Assembly (NCBI GenBank): GCA_020348925.1
Contig: CP070758.1
Span: 1,665,160 to 1,729,159, forward strand
DNA: 64,000 bases
From: Gemmatimonadota bacterium
Lineage (GTDB): Bacteria; JBHIER01; G020348925
Direction: 5' to 3'
Below the pieces are notes generated by a model. That model was not told the origin of the DNA and made no database searches. It was given only the letters and a program-made list of their open reading frames with translations. Position numbers and translations under genes: made by a program. Positions 11,830 to 20,936 of the stretch are shown here, one piece after another. The number at the start of each line of letters is the position of its first letter. Within the stretch, counting starts at the first letter, position 1.

Positions 11830-12885
11830 GTGGCTCGCGAGACAGAGGTGAAGACGATCGAGTGGATCGATGGGCAGGTGAGAATTATCGATCAGACACG
11901 CCTTCCGAACAGACTGGTCTATGTGATCCTTGATACCTATCCTTCTGTTCTGAAAGCCATCACTCGCCTTCAAATTCGCGGGGCACCGGCCATCGGTATT
12001 GCAGCTGCCTTTGGGATGGTTTTGGGTATGCGTGCCGCCCGGACGGAAACCTACGGGGCGTTTCGTCGGAAATTTGACCGGATAAAACGTGAGTTTCTCG
12101 AAACACGACCAACAGGGGTCAACGTGTCGAACGCCCTCGATCGCCTGGAAAAGAGAGTGAACGGAAACCGGGATGCATCCGTTCGTGAGATTCAGGATGT
12201 GCTGCTCCAAGAGGCGCTCAGGATATATGAGGAGGATCGAACAACGTGTCGAAAAATTGGGCGGAATGGGGCGGAGCTCCTCCGGGACGGATGGGTGGTA
12301 ATGACACACTGCAATGCCGGAGCTTTGGCCACGGCTGATTATGGGACGGCACTGGGCTGTATCTATGCGGCCGTCGAAGAGGAGAAACGGATCCGTGTTT
12401 ATGTCGACGAGACACGCCCTCTGCTCCAGGGGGCCCGTTTGACCGCCTGGGAGTTGCAGCGGGCCGGGATTGCTGTCACCCTCATCTGTGACAGCATGGC
12501 CGCGTGGGTTATGCAAACCAGGGAAGTGAACTGTGTTCTCGTCGGGGCCGATCGGATCGCAGCCAATGGAGATATTGCCAATAAGATCGGAACGTACGGC
12601 TTGGCCGTTTCAGCCAAGGAACACGGCATACCCTTTTATGTGGCTGCACCGACCGCCTCCTTCGATCTCTCTCTGGACACAGGAACCTCAATCCCTATTG
12701 AGGAGAGAGATGGATCAGAAATCACCCGGGGATTCGGCCGGCGCACGGCTCCGGAAGGTGTGCAGACGTACAATCCTGCTTTTGATGTTACCCCCGCCTC
12801 TTTCGTTACCGCCATCATCTGCGAAACCGGAATCGCGACTCCACCTTACGGCGAAAGTATCCCTCGCCTTGTGAAGACGAGATAA
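11830..12885 (+). CDS. mtnA: eIF2B-related S-methyl-5-thioribose-1-phosphate isomerase-like protein
   Basis: 351 aa with IRGAPAIGIAAAFG, the THCNAG and GADRIAANGD motifs of the MtnA/e2b2 family. 11 nt after yjbQ. Confidence 0.8.
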   Translation: MARETEVKTIEWIDGQVRIIDQTRLPNRLVYVILDTYPSVLKAITRLQIRGAPAIGIAAAFGMVLGMRAARTETYGAFRRKFDRIKREFLETRPTGVNVSNALDRLEKRVNGNRDASVREIQDVLLQEALRIYEEDRTTCRKIGRNGAELLRDGWVVMTHCNAGALATADYGTALGCIYAAVEEEKRIRVYVDETRPLLQGARLTAWELQRAGIAVTLICDSMAAWVMQTREVNCVLVGADRIAANGDIANKIGTYGLAVSAKEHGIPFYVAAPTASFDLSLDTGTSIPIEERDGSEITRGFGRRTAPEGVQTYNPAFDVTPASFVTAIICETGIATPPYGESIPRLVKTR

Positions 12886-13175
12886 GGTCAGCCGAAATTC
12901 TCTCGTACTGAGAAAAATGCGAGCCTTTTTCAGGAATGTGAAAGTGTCTGCTGCCTCTGACGCTTCACTGTTCATGGTTTGCTTTCAAGAGAGGGAGATA
13001 TCTTTTCATAGTGAATATGTCTCTGCGTACCAACGAATCTCTCTCATTCAATCATGAAAGTGGTCTTTGATTGCTTTGATATTTTAACAACAGACCTGTT
13101 GATCCCCTGATGATTCGTTGTTTGCAACCCTTCTTTCCATCGGGTACAAAAAGGAGGATGAGACCATTGCTCTCC

Positions 13176-14060
13176 TCATGCGGCTCCCAGATAAATCGCC
13201 AGCAGCCCGATGAGCATATCCACTTTGAGAATGAGGCTGAGGCGGCTGATGTTGGCCCGACCCGCATCGCGCCACATGGAGCGGATAATATAGAGCAAGG
13301 GCAGATCAACGCCAAGAACGACAACGACCAGGTAGGCTGTGCCGTAGATTCTGAAGAGCGCGGGGATTATGGTGGAAAGGATGAGGAGGAGGAAGAGATG
13401 TGTGCCTACAATCAGGGCGGTTCGTTCTCCACAACGGAGGGGAAGTGTTCCCGCCTGAAAAATGGTATCACCAATACAGTCCTGAATGTCTTTGAGAATC
13501 TCGCGTCCGAAATGGAAGAGAAAAGCAAACCAGGCCGGGATGAGGGTCGGCCCGAACCGGCCGACGGCCAGACCACCGTAGATGAAGGCCATGGCGGCAA
13601 CGAGGCTGACGACGCCGTTGCCCACAAGGGCAATCCTCTTGAGTCGATGTGAGTAGAGGGTCAGGAGCAGAGACGCACACACTGCGATGATCCCTGTTTT
13701 CCAGCCCAACGCCGCCCCCAGACCCACACCCACCGCAAGAAGAATCTGCGAGAAAAGAAGAGCTCCTTTTCGAGAGACTCGGTCCGATGGGATGGGGCGT
13801 TGCGGTCGGTTGATTCGATCGATCTCGGCGTCGTAATAGTCGTTGATGGCATTCCCGCCTCCGGCAATGCACATCCCTGAGAGACAGGCGATCAGCACAT
13901 GCCGAAGCGGTTCAATGCCTCCGCTGACGAAGGCCCCGATACTGATCGATGCTGCCGCGATCAAAGCGTTCCCAGGTCGGGTCAGTTCAATGTATGACGG
14001 GAGTTTTGACATTCTCAAGTCGATGGTTCCTTTCTCGGAGTCTGTGCGCCTCTGTGGCAC
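13176..14060 (-). CDS. UbiA-family prenyltransferase (DGGGP synthase-like)
   Basis: Polytopic membrane protein with NDYYDAEIDRINRPQRPIPS (Asp-rich prenyl-diphosphate motif I) and a second D-rich motif. A GTG at 14060 lies 5 nt after the Omp85 stop; an internal ATG at 14012 is an alternative start. Confidence 0.75.
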   Translation of the reverse strand: MPQRRTDSEKGTIDLRMSKLPSYIELTRPGNALIAAASISIGAFVSGGIEPLRHVLIACLSGMCIAGGGNAINDYYDAEIDRINRPQRPIPSDRVSRKGALLFSQILLAVGVGLGAALGWKTGIIAVCASLLLTLYSHRLKRIALVGNGVVSLVAAMAFIYGGLAVGRFGPTLIPAWFAFLFHFGREILKDIQDCIGDTIFQAGTLPLRCGERTALIVGTHLFLLLILSTIIPALFRIYGTAYLVVVVLGVDLPLLYIIRSMWRDAGRANISRLSLILKVDMLIGLLAIYLGAA

Positions 14061-14065
14061 AAGAA

Positions 14066-15835
14066 TTAAAATTGATTCTCCAGTCCGAAATGAATCTTGG
14101 CTTGGCTGAAGGAATCCCCTTCACCCAGCCCGAAATCGAGCCCGATAACTCCCAATCGTGATTCCACCCTGAATCCCATACCATATCCGTACTTTCTTTT
14201 GTCGATGGTCTCCAGGTGGCCGGTGTTCACATTGCGCTGCTCGCGGTAATACATTCCAAAGTCGAAGAACAGAAAAGCTCTGGATCTCGACGTCAAGAGG
14301 TACCGATATTCGAGGTTGGACCAGGCGACCCGAGTTCCGGAAAATTGATCCTGCCTGTATCCACGGAGTGACCGCGTTCCCCCGAGGCGGAAGTGTTCCG
14401 ATATCGGGACGGGTTTTTCTCCACTCCGGAATTCTCTACCGTGGAGGGCGGCTGCAATAACGTGTCTCGAAAAAGTAGGAATAAAATGCTCGAGATCCAA
14501 GGTGAATTTGGACGTTCTCACTTTGAACCTTTCGGCCGACGCAGAGTGCGTGGACCGGTTGCGCTTCCGCCCGTATTCCACTGAAGTGCGGTAATAGAGG
14601 CCCTGTCTTGGATTCCATGGATTGTCACGAGTATCGTAGGACGCTTGAACCCCAGCCGTGTATTTTGTGCTCCTGGCCAGGAAGGCGCCAGCCGTGGAGT
14701 CGGGCACGACCCGTTCCCAACCGAGACGTACTCTGCTGCTGAGATTGTATCCGAGTTCGACACCGATGGTAAACCCTGCTCCTGTATAGATATAGCTGGA
14801 ATCCTGATCGATTTGCTCCAGGGCCAAACCAACCCGAAAAGGCGTCCCGAAGAGCCACGGCTCTTCATACCCGAAGGCGAGGTTCGATGAGAATGGATCG
14901 CGACGATGCCATTGTGCCTCAAGCCTTCTTCCGGTTCCGAAGAGATTGGCCAGGGAAAGATCAACGAGCCCGGTCATGTAGCCCTCTTGTTGTCCTCGCG
15001 CGGGATTGTATCCGATGGCGCCATTGATCGTACTGGTCCTGCCCTCTTCGACGGTGATGACAATATTCACCGTATCTCCACGTGCGAATACAATCGAGAA
15101 CGGTGACACCTTGGAGAAATAGCCCAGATGTTCAAGTCGCTTCTGAGCTGCCTCAATCTTGACCTGGTTGAAGAGTTCTCCCTTGTCGAGCCGCGCCTCT
15201 CTGAGCAAGACATAGTCCTTCGTCGTCTCATTTCCCTCAACGACAACATCACCGATCACGACTCGCGGACCTTCGACAACGGTCAAGTTAAAATCGATGT
15301 CGTCCTCCTCGTTGATGCGAAACCGTCCCGGTTCGACCCGGCAGAACGGATAACCATTCTCCTCATACAGGCTCAAAACTCCTTCGATATCCCGCTCAAG
15401 CACTGCGGCGTTATAGGGATTCTCAGGACGGGTGTCGAACATCTCCAGCAATTGCTCATCCCGAAATTGGTTGTTTCCCGAAATGGTCAGGGTTCCGACG
15501 TTTTGTACCTGACCTTCATCGATGAGAAGAGAGACGGCCACATGCGAGCTGTCCCCATTGAATCCGAGATTTGAAATCAGCACTTCGGTCATCAGGTAAC
15601 CGGCATCTTGGTAGAGTTGAAGGATTTTGAAGAGATCCTCTCGGAGGAGATTGGGGGTGAAAGGTTTTCCCGGCGCTAAGCTCATGGTCCGAAGAATGTC
15701 ACGATCTGAGTAGCGCCGGTTCCCCCGAAGCGTAATAGTGTTGACCACCGTCCTTCCCTCCGCTTTGATCACACACGGAAAAACAGTCATCACTAAGAGA
15801 ACAAGAACGAGACTTTGCTTGAAGTACTTTATCAT
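14066..15835 (-). CDS. Omp85-family outer-membrane protein with 3 POTRA domains (TamA/BamA-like)
   Basis: Signal peptide, three POTRA-like repeats (ITLRGN, LTISGN and VVVEGN segments), a C-terminal surface-antigen beta-barrel and a terminal ...GLENQF beta-signal. Confidence 0.8.
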   Translation of the reverse strand: MIKYFKQSLVLVLLVMTVFPCVIKAEGRTVVNTITLRGNRRYSDRDILRTMSLAPGKPFTPNLLREDLFKILQLYQDAGYLMTEVLISNLGFNGDSSHVAVSLLIDEGQVQNVGTLTISGNNQFRDEQLLEMFDTRPENPYNAAVLERDIEGVLSLYEENGYPFCRVEPGRFRINEEDDIDFNLTVVEGPRVVIGDVVVEGNETTKDYVLLREARLDKGELFNQVKIEAAQKRLEHLGYFSKVSPFSIVFARGDTVNIVITVEEGRTSTINGAIGYNPARGQQEGYMTGLVDLSLANLFGTGRRLEAQWHRRDPFSSNLAFGYEEPWLFGTPFRVGLALEQIDQDSSYIYTGAGFTIGVELGYNLSSRVRLGWERVVPDSTAGAFLARSTKYTAGVQASYDTRDNPWNPRQGLYYRTSVEYGRKRNRSTHSASAERFKVRTSKFTLDLEHFIPTFSRHVIAAALHGREFRSGEKPVPISEHFRLGGTRSLRGYRQDQFSGTRVAWSNLEYRYLLTSRSRAFLFFDFGMYYREQRNVNTGHLETIDKRKYGYGMGFRVESRLGVIGLDFGLGEGDSFSQAKIHFGLENQF

Positions 15836-15847
15836 AAGGTGATACTC

Positions 15848-18800
15848 TTAAAAAAAGGCTCGCATTTCAGCTCTTCCTGAGTGAATAACCCGCCGGTCCG
15901 GTTCACTCCGGCCGGTGTACGAGATGAATGCCGTCACGTAGCGGTGCACTCGATAATCGAGGTTCAAACTCCAATCGATGTTGTTTCCGAGCTTCTTGCC
16001 ACCTGCCATCGTGTAATAGAGGGCAAGGTTTTCTCGTTCCACTGACACACGGGTCCAGGATACGTCAGCCCGAACGCGACCTTTTCTCAAAATAGAGTAA
16101 GAGATGCCGGGAACAAGAGTCACGGCCCTGGAACGTTGCTCCGATTCTCGATCGATATCTCGATCGTAGTTGGTTTTCAACGAGAGCTCCAAGCGGGATT
16201 GAGGGCGGAATCCCAGGTCGGCTGAGACACTGCTGGAGCGAATGTCGTAGGTGATCTGATCCTGGATCTGTCGCATGTTCCGCCCACTCTTGAATTCGGT
16301 CTGAAGATCGAACTGAGCTGCGATTTTCGATCTGACTCGAACCGATGCATCCCTGCGCAGATGCTCTTCACCAAAAATCCGAGATGATCCTTGTTCCAGC
16401 AGTTGATTCTTCTCGTCACGGCTGTGTTCGTAGCGCAAACGCACGTTGAACTTCTGCCTGCGCGGGAAGAGAAAACAGTCCTGGCGAAGGGTGATGCGAC
16501 CATCGACCGTGGTGCTGTCCTGTTGAAATGCGCTCAGATCGAAGAGATAGATGGCCCACTTGTCTTTCTCCTTGGATTTCTCTTCTATTTTTATCAGGGT
16601 TTCTGTTTCAATCATGCTCAGCCACTGGGCAAAGCCCGTTATGTCCCCCTTTTTTTCGGAATAATATTTGTGCGGACTGAGTTTAAGGTTTAAACTGGCT
16701 TTCAACTCAAGAACAGGTTCAAATTCTCCCACAGTTTTCGTCCGCAGGATATAGCGGCTCTCCTGTTTCCCCGGATCGTAAACGTATTCCCCAGTCGAAT
16801 CGCCGCTTTCATCCTGAAACAGTTCGAATCGATAATTCCCCCTCCATTCACCGACATCGATGAACTGACGTTCTCTCTGAGCTGCCTGGAGGCTGGAGAT
16901 CTGATAGCGGAGATGGGAGGATAGGGCACGATCCAGGGGCGTGTAATCGATCTTCAAATCCGCCAGATCCGTCGTGCGGTCGCTGCCGCCGGTCTCTAAA
17001 AAGTGTTTCATCCGTCGCGTGTATTCCGCCGAAACAGACAAGGATCGCCATTCCTTCAAGGCAAAACCCTGCCGGATGGTCTTCGATTCGGAAGCTTCCA
17101 ACCAGCGTTCCTCATACGTCCAATCCTTACGCAGGGTGAATCCGGTGTACACACCGATGGTTCTCACATCGAAGGTGGAGAGCATGCCTTCAATTTCATA
17201 GAACTTAAAACCGTCCTCTATCCTACCGAATCGTGTGTCCTCCTTGCGCTCACCTTCAAAGCTGATATTCGGCTTGAGCTTCCAGAGAGTGTACGCGCTT
17301 CGGAGATTGTGCCTCGTCCAGTCACTCTCCAAAAGACCTGCCGAATCGGGTTGGCTGCTGTCTCTGCTGTGAATTGATTCCAGGAGATAATTTATATGCG
17401 GCAGCCCCCGTATCGCGAGATCCGTTCGTATTTCGTCTCTCGATCCCTGAAATGCCGTCCCCCGTTCGATACGACCCAGACCGAAGCCGAAAGCGGATCT
17501 GTTGTTCGGCCGGTAGACGGCATTGAGTTCACCCACGTTTTCCGTGCCCGGGCTGAGGTCAGAGGGCAAGTTCCAGCGCCGGTCGTATTCGGCGATCCGG
17601 ATCCGCCCGACCGGTTGAAAGCGTTCCCCGAAACTTCGGTAAAAACCGGTCAGTTCGATGTTTCCGACGGTGTGATTGCCCCAGGTCAGGCGAGGGGATG
17701 TCAACGCGCCTGTGATCTTGAAGGCCTGTCCGACGTTGTCCGAATCATCCATCTCCGATAAAACATTGTTGTCCAATCGGCTGATTCCCAATTCTCCACC
17801 CAAAGCAAGACCTCCGCTCGAGTAAGTGAGATCGAAGTCGGCCAGACTGTGACTGTGCGGCAGGGGCAGATAGACTTTTGTTGAACCGTCGTCAGCGTAG
17901 CTGAAAGCCGCTTCCGGATCGTCACCCGCAGCGCTCAATGCATCTCGGTCGATATCGGACAGGGTGATCCCAAGAGGATCGTTCTTATCATCCGCCTCAT
18001 GGAAGAATGCTGCTCCTAATCGTAATTTCTCTGTAGCCGGTGCGTAAAATCCCCTGGCCGTGTAGAGGCTTCGTCTGTATTTCTCGTCAACATGCTCGAA
18101 GTCGATCACAATCCTCGATTCGACGGTGATGAGGCGATGTCGGGTAAAGGTGATCTGCCCATTGGCATATTCGATGATATAGTCGTTGTTTTCGCCTCGT
18201 GTCATGTGCTCGCCGTCGATCCACACCCGCTCGGTCCCGGCCAGCACGATAATATCGGTCGACCCGTCATCGGCCCGGAGCTGGTACGGTCCCTGGTTGC
18301 CCTCAATTCCCGTAAAACGATTCGTCGTGAAATGGCCCTTGGAAGATGCTCCTGATACGGCCAGTTGCCCTGAGGGCCGTGTCAGCTCTCCCAGAGCACC
18401 CTGAAGTTTGCGTTCAAAACGCCCGAACTCGGTCTTCTGATAGGAGAGCGTGTAATCGCCAAAGGCGGCTCTGGCATGTTTTCCCCGAAGCTCGATGGAG
18501 ACTTTATCCAACTCCTCCAGCGTCTGGGTCGTCCCCTCCGGCTGCAGAGGGCTGCTCTGGTCCGAGAGAAGGGCAATCACCTCAACATTCCGGGCGATCT
18601 GTCCGGTGATGTTCACGCGGAGCGATTGTTCCAGCGAGAGATCCCGATCAGAGCCGAGGGAGATGCCCAGGCTTTTACTCCCGCCGACTCGCAGAGAGGA
18701 CATGTCCGGGAGGTCGAGTCTTCTTTGTGGAAGTTTTTTTGCAATCGTGAGTGGGCGTTGAACCGGCCCTTCGGAGCGGACGAGATGGCGATGGAGGTAG

Positions 18801-19126
18801 GTGCGCTTCAGCCCGATGGGCAGCCTTCGATACGTGATGCGGATGGAGGTTCCAACCGGTACACTTTGAGCAAAAGTGATTTCCCCCTTGTCGACGTCGA
18901 TGACGTAATCAAGATCTCGCTTCAGAAACTGTCCCTCCAGTTCGACCTTTTCGCTCTGTGCCAAAACAAAATAGTCCGGGAGAGGGTACGGGCCGCGGGT
19001 ACCGTCCCCCTGCAGGACAGTCTCCTTATGATGGAGACTCAGCCCGGTATGCTCCTGGGTCTGGAGCGGTGCAAGGGGAAGGAGGGAAATGAGAGCTATA
19101 ACGTAAGCAAACCTGTGTCTCGGCAT
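15848..19126 (-). CDS. 1092-aa secreted protein, predicted giant outer-membrane beta-barrel of unknown family
   Basis: Cleavable-looking signal peptide, long stretches of alternating polar/aromatic residues, C-terminus ...RAEMRAFF (OMP-type beta-signal). I recognise no conserved family motif. Confidence 0.5.
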   Translation of the reverse strand: MPRHRFAYVIALISLLPLAPLQTQEHTGLSLHHKETVLQGDGTRGPYPLPDYFVLAQSEKVELEGQFLKRDLDYVIDVDKGEITFAQSVPVGTSIRITYRRLPIGLKRTYLHRHLVRSEGPVQRPLTIAKKLPQRRLDLPDMSSLRVGGSKSLGISLGSDRDLSLEQSLRVNITGQIARNVEVIALLSDQSSPLQPEGTTQTLEELDKVSIELRGKHARAAFGDYTLSYQKTEFGRFERKLQGALGELTRPSGQLAVSGASSKGHFTTNRFTGIEGNQGPYQLRADDGSTDIIVLAGTERVWIDGEHMTRGENNDYIIEYANGQITFTRHRLITVESRIVIDFEHVDEKYRRSLYTARGFYAPATEKLRLGAAFFHEADDKNDPLGITLSDIDRDALSAAGDDPEAAFSYADDGSTKVYLPLPHSHSLADFDLTYSSGGLALGGELGISRLDNNVLSEMDDSDNVGQAFKITGALTSPRLTWGNHTVGNIELTGFYRSFGERFQPVGRIRIAEYDRRWNLPSDLSPGTENVGELNAVYRPNNRSAFGFGLGRIERGTAFQGSRDEIRTDLAIRGLPHINYLLESIHSRDSSQPDSAGLLESDWTRHNLRSAYTLWKLKPNISFEGERKEDTRFGRIEDGFKFYEIEGMLSTFDVRTIGVYTGFTLRKDWTYEERWLEASESKTIRQGFALKEWRSLSVSAEYTRRMKHFLETGGSDRTTDLADLKIDYTPLDRALSSHLRYQISSLQAAQRERQFIDVGEWRGNYRFELFQDESGDSTGEYVYDPGKQESRYILRTKTVGEFEPVLELKASLNLKLSPHKYYSEKKGDITGFAQWLSMIETETLIKIEEKSKEKDKWAIYLFDLSAFQQDSTTVDGRITLRQDCFLFPRRQKFNVRLRYEHSRDEKNQLLEQGSSRIFGEEHLRRDASVRVRSKIAAQFDLQTEFKSGRNMRQIQDQITYDIRSSSVSADLGFRPQSRLELSLKTNYDRDIDRESEQRSRAVTLVPGISYSILRKGRVRADVSWTRVSVERENLALYYTMAGGKKLGNNIDWSLNLDYRVHRYVTAFISYTGRSEPDRRVIHSGRAEMRAFF

Positions 19127-19158
19127 CGGATTGAAACTGTCCTACCCGTGTGTTAGGC

Positions 19159-20115
19159 TCATGGAAATTCTATGGAGTATTTTTGGACACGGCCGTTCCC
19201 GGTGTCCAGAACATAGAGATGGCCGTGACGATCGACGACCAGATCGTGAGGTGAGCGAAAGGAGCCGTAGCCGTCGCCCATGGATCCAAAGGCGAGGATC
19301 ACAGTGCCTGCTCGATTGAAGGCCGCAATTCGATTGTTGCCCGTATCGGCGACAAAAACGTTTCCGTGTCCATCGAGATCAATACCCCGAGGAGCTCGAA
19401 GGACGCCTTCGCCCAAGCTGCCCTGATATTCGCCGAAGATATCGTAGGTAGCGACACGGTCGTTGCCGGAATCGCAGACGTAGACCGTGCCCTTCTGATC
19501 GACGGAGAGAGAGGTCGGAGCTCGGAGGAGACCGCGCCCGTATCCGATGTCGCCGAAGCTCCGTTCCGGACGCTCGAAGGCATCGATTTTGAGAATTCGG
19601 TCGTTCTCCGAGTCGGACAGATACATGTCTCCGGAGGAGGAGATGTCTATGCCGCTCACCATACCGAACTGCAGCGACTCGTCCAGATTGGGATTGGGGA
19701 CCAGGGTCGAGAGGTAATTGAGGTATCGGTCATAGCGCTGAAGGCGTCTGTTCTGGGAATCTGCCACGTAGATATCGAGCCCGACCGTGGCGCACAGATC
19801 GCGGGGCTCGTTAAACTGTTCCTCTTCGAAGCCGAAGCCGCCGATCTCCATCACGAAATTGCCGTCGGAATCAAACTTCTGAACGCGGTCGTTGCCCGTG
19901 TCAGCCACGTAGATGCTGCCCTCCGGATCGACGGATATGCCCTGGGGATTGAGAAATTGGCCGGGACCGCTTCCCGGCGAGCCGATCACCTGGAGAAATC
20001 GTAATTCGAGTTGACCCTGCGCAATCTCCCTGGGTTCTTGTCCCTCGAAGCGTGTCGTCCCGCAGGAGAGGAGCAGGAGATGTATGAGGGTGCACTGAAT
20101 CAAATGTTTTTGCAT
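19159..20115 (-). CDS. NHL-repeat (six-bladed beta-propeller) lipoprotein
   Basis: Lipobox LLLSC after the signal peptide. Six repeats of the YVAD(T/S)GN.R(V/I) pattern. Confidence 0.75.
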   Translation of the reverse strand: MQKHLIQCTLIHLLLLSCGTTRFEGQEPREIAQGQLELRFLQVIGSPGSGPGQFLNPQGISVDPEGSIYVADTGNDRVQKFDSDGNFVMEIGGFGFEEEQFNEPRDLCATVGLDIYVADSQNRRLQRYDRYLNYLSTLVPNPNLDESLQFGMVSGIDISSSGDMYLSDSENDRILKIDAFERPERSFGDIGYGRGLLRAPTSLSVDQKGTVYVCDSGNDRVATYDIFGEYQGSLGEGVLRAPRGIDLDGHGNVFVADTGNNRIAAFNRAGTVILAFGSMGDGYGSFRSPHDLVVDRHGHLYVLDTGNGRVQKYSIEFP

Positions 20116-20170
20116 TGGCTTTTTAAAATTGTGTCATATCTGTTTGCCTATCCGTCCATCCTTATTCCCA

Positions 20171-20199
20171 AATATAACTCTTTCATATGCTTATGTCAA
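20171..20199 (-). promoter_or_regulatory. sigma70-like promoter (minus strand) for the NHL-OMP-Omp85-UbiA operon
   Basis: Reverse complement reads TTGACA, 17-nt spacer, TATATT, about 55 nt upstream of the ATG at 20115. Confidence 0.5.
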
Positions 20200-20870
20200 T
20201 CAATTACCATACATGGAAAGTGTCACCTCAGACTTGGAGTATTTCCTTTCATCTCTGATACATCTGAGGGAAGCTTAAAAAATATTGGAAACGGTGCTGG
20301 GGCAGAGACTGTGCTTTCGAAGGAGTTCTCAGGCGAGGTTCCCGAATGAAGTTCGGGCATCCGAATTCAATCGGAGCGTTTTGCCGGACCAGATCCTCCA
20401 ACATGTCGAATCGCTTGAGAATGCTACTCCCCAATCGAGCGGCTGAGATTCAGATATCCTTTCAATCATTTGCGTGGAGTGTCTGATACGTTTTCTCTTT
20501 TTGCGTTGGCTGGATACATGATCAGATATTATGTGGGGGAAGGAAAAACATGGTAATATCAGGAAATGGACTTGGGTTGAACAGTAATCAGATACCACCT
20601 GAGGCGACAGGGGGGGAGCTTTGGTGCGGGGGATTATGTACAAGACGCGATTGTGGATGTGGCTGTTCTCGGTTTGATTGACCATGTTGTTTTGGGGATT
20701 GGGGAGTGATAGGTTTTTGGGGAGGTCACACGGTTTTCAGGTACGCCTCGTTTCATATCGGATGGCAAAAAACCTTTTGTCTCAAAAAACGTTACATCAA
20801 AATAGGAATGAATCATAGGGATTCAAATTTGAGAGCCGGCGAGACAATTATGGGGATCGAGAGAAAAATC

Positions 20871-20899
20871 TTGACATATATGGAAAGACTGATTAAATT
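20871..20899 (+). promoter_or_regulatory. sigma70-like promoter for HNH-scpA-scpB
   Basis: TTGACA, 17-nt spacer, TAAATT. GGAGG SD at 20925-20929 precedes the TTG at 20937. Confidence 0.45.
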
Positions 20900-20936
20900 T
20901 AAAAAACTTTATATCTTATGTTGTGGAGGTGTTTGT

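Noticed and set aside
11776-12516. 246-aa ORF on the minus strand inside mtnA
   Set aside because: Antisense shadow ORF. The plus-strand product has clear family motifs.
19366-20004. 212-aa ORF on the plus strand opposite the NHL-repeat gene
   Set aside because: Antisense to a gene with clear repeat structure. Ala/Gly/Asp-rich product typical of GC-skewed shadow frames.
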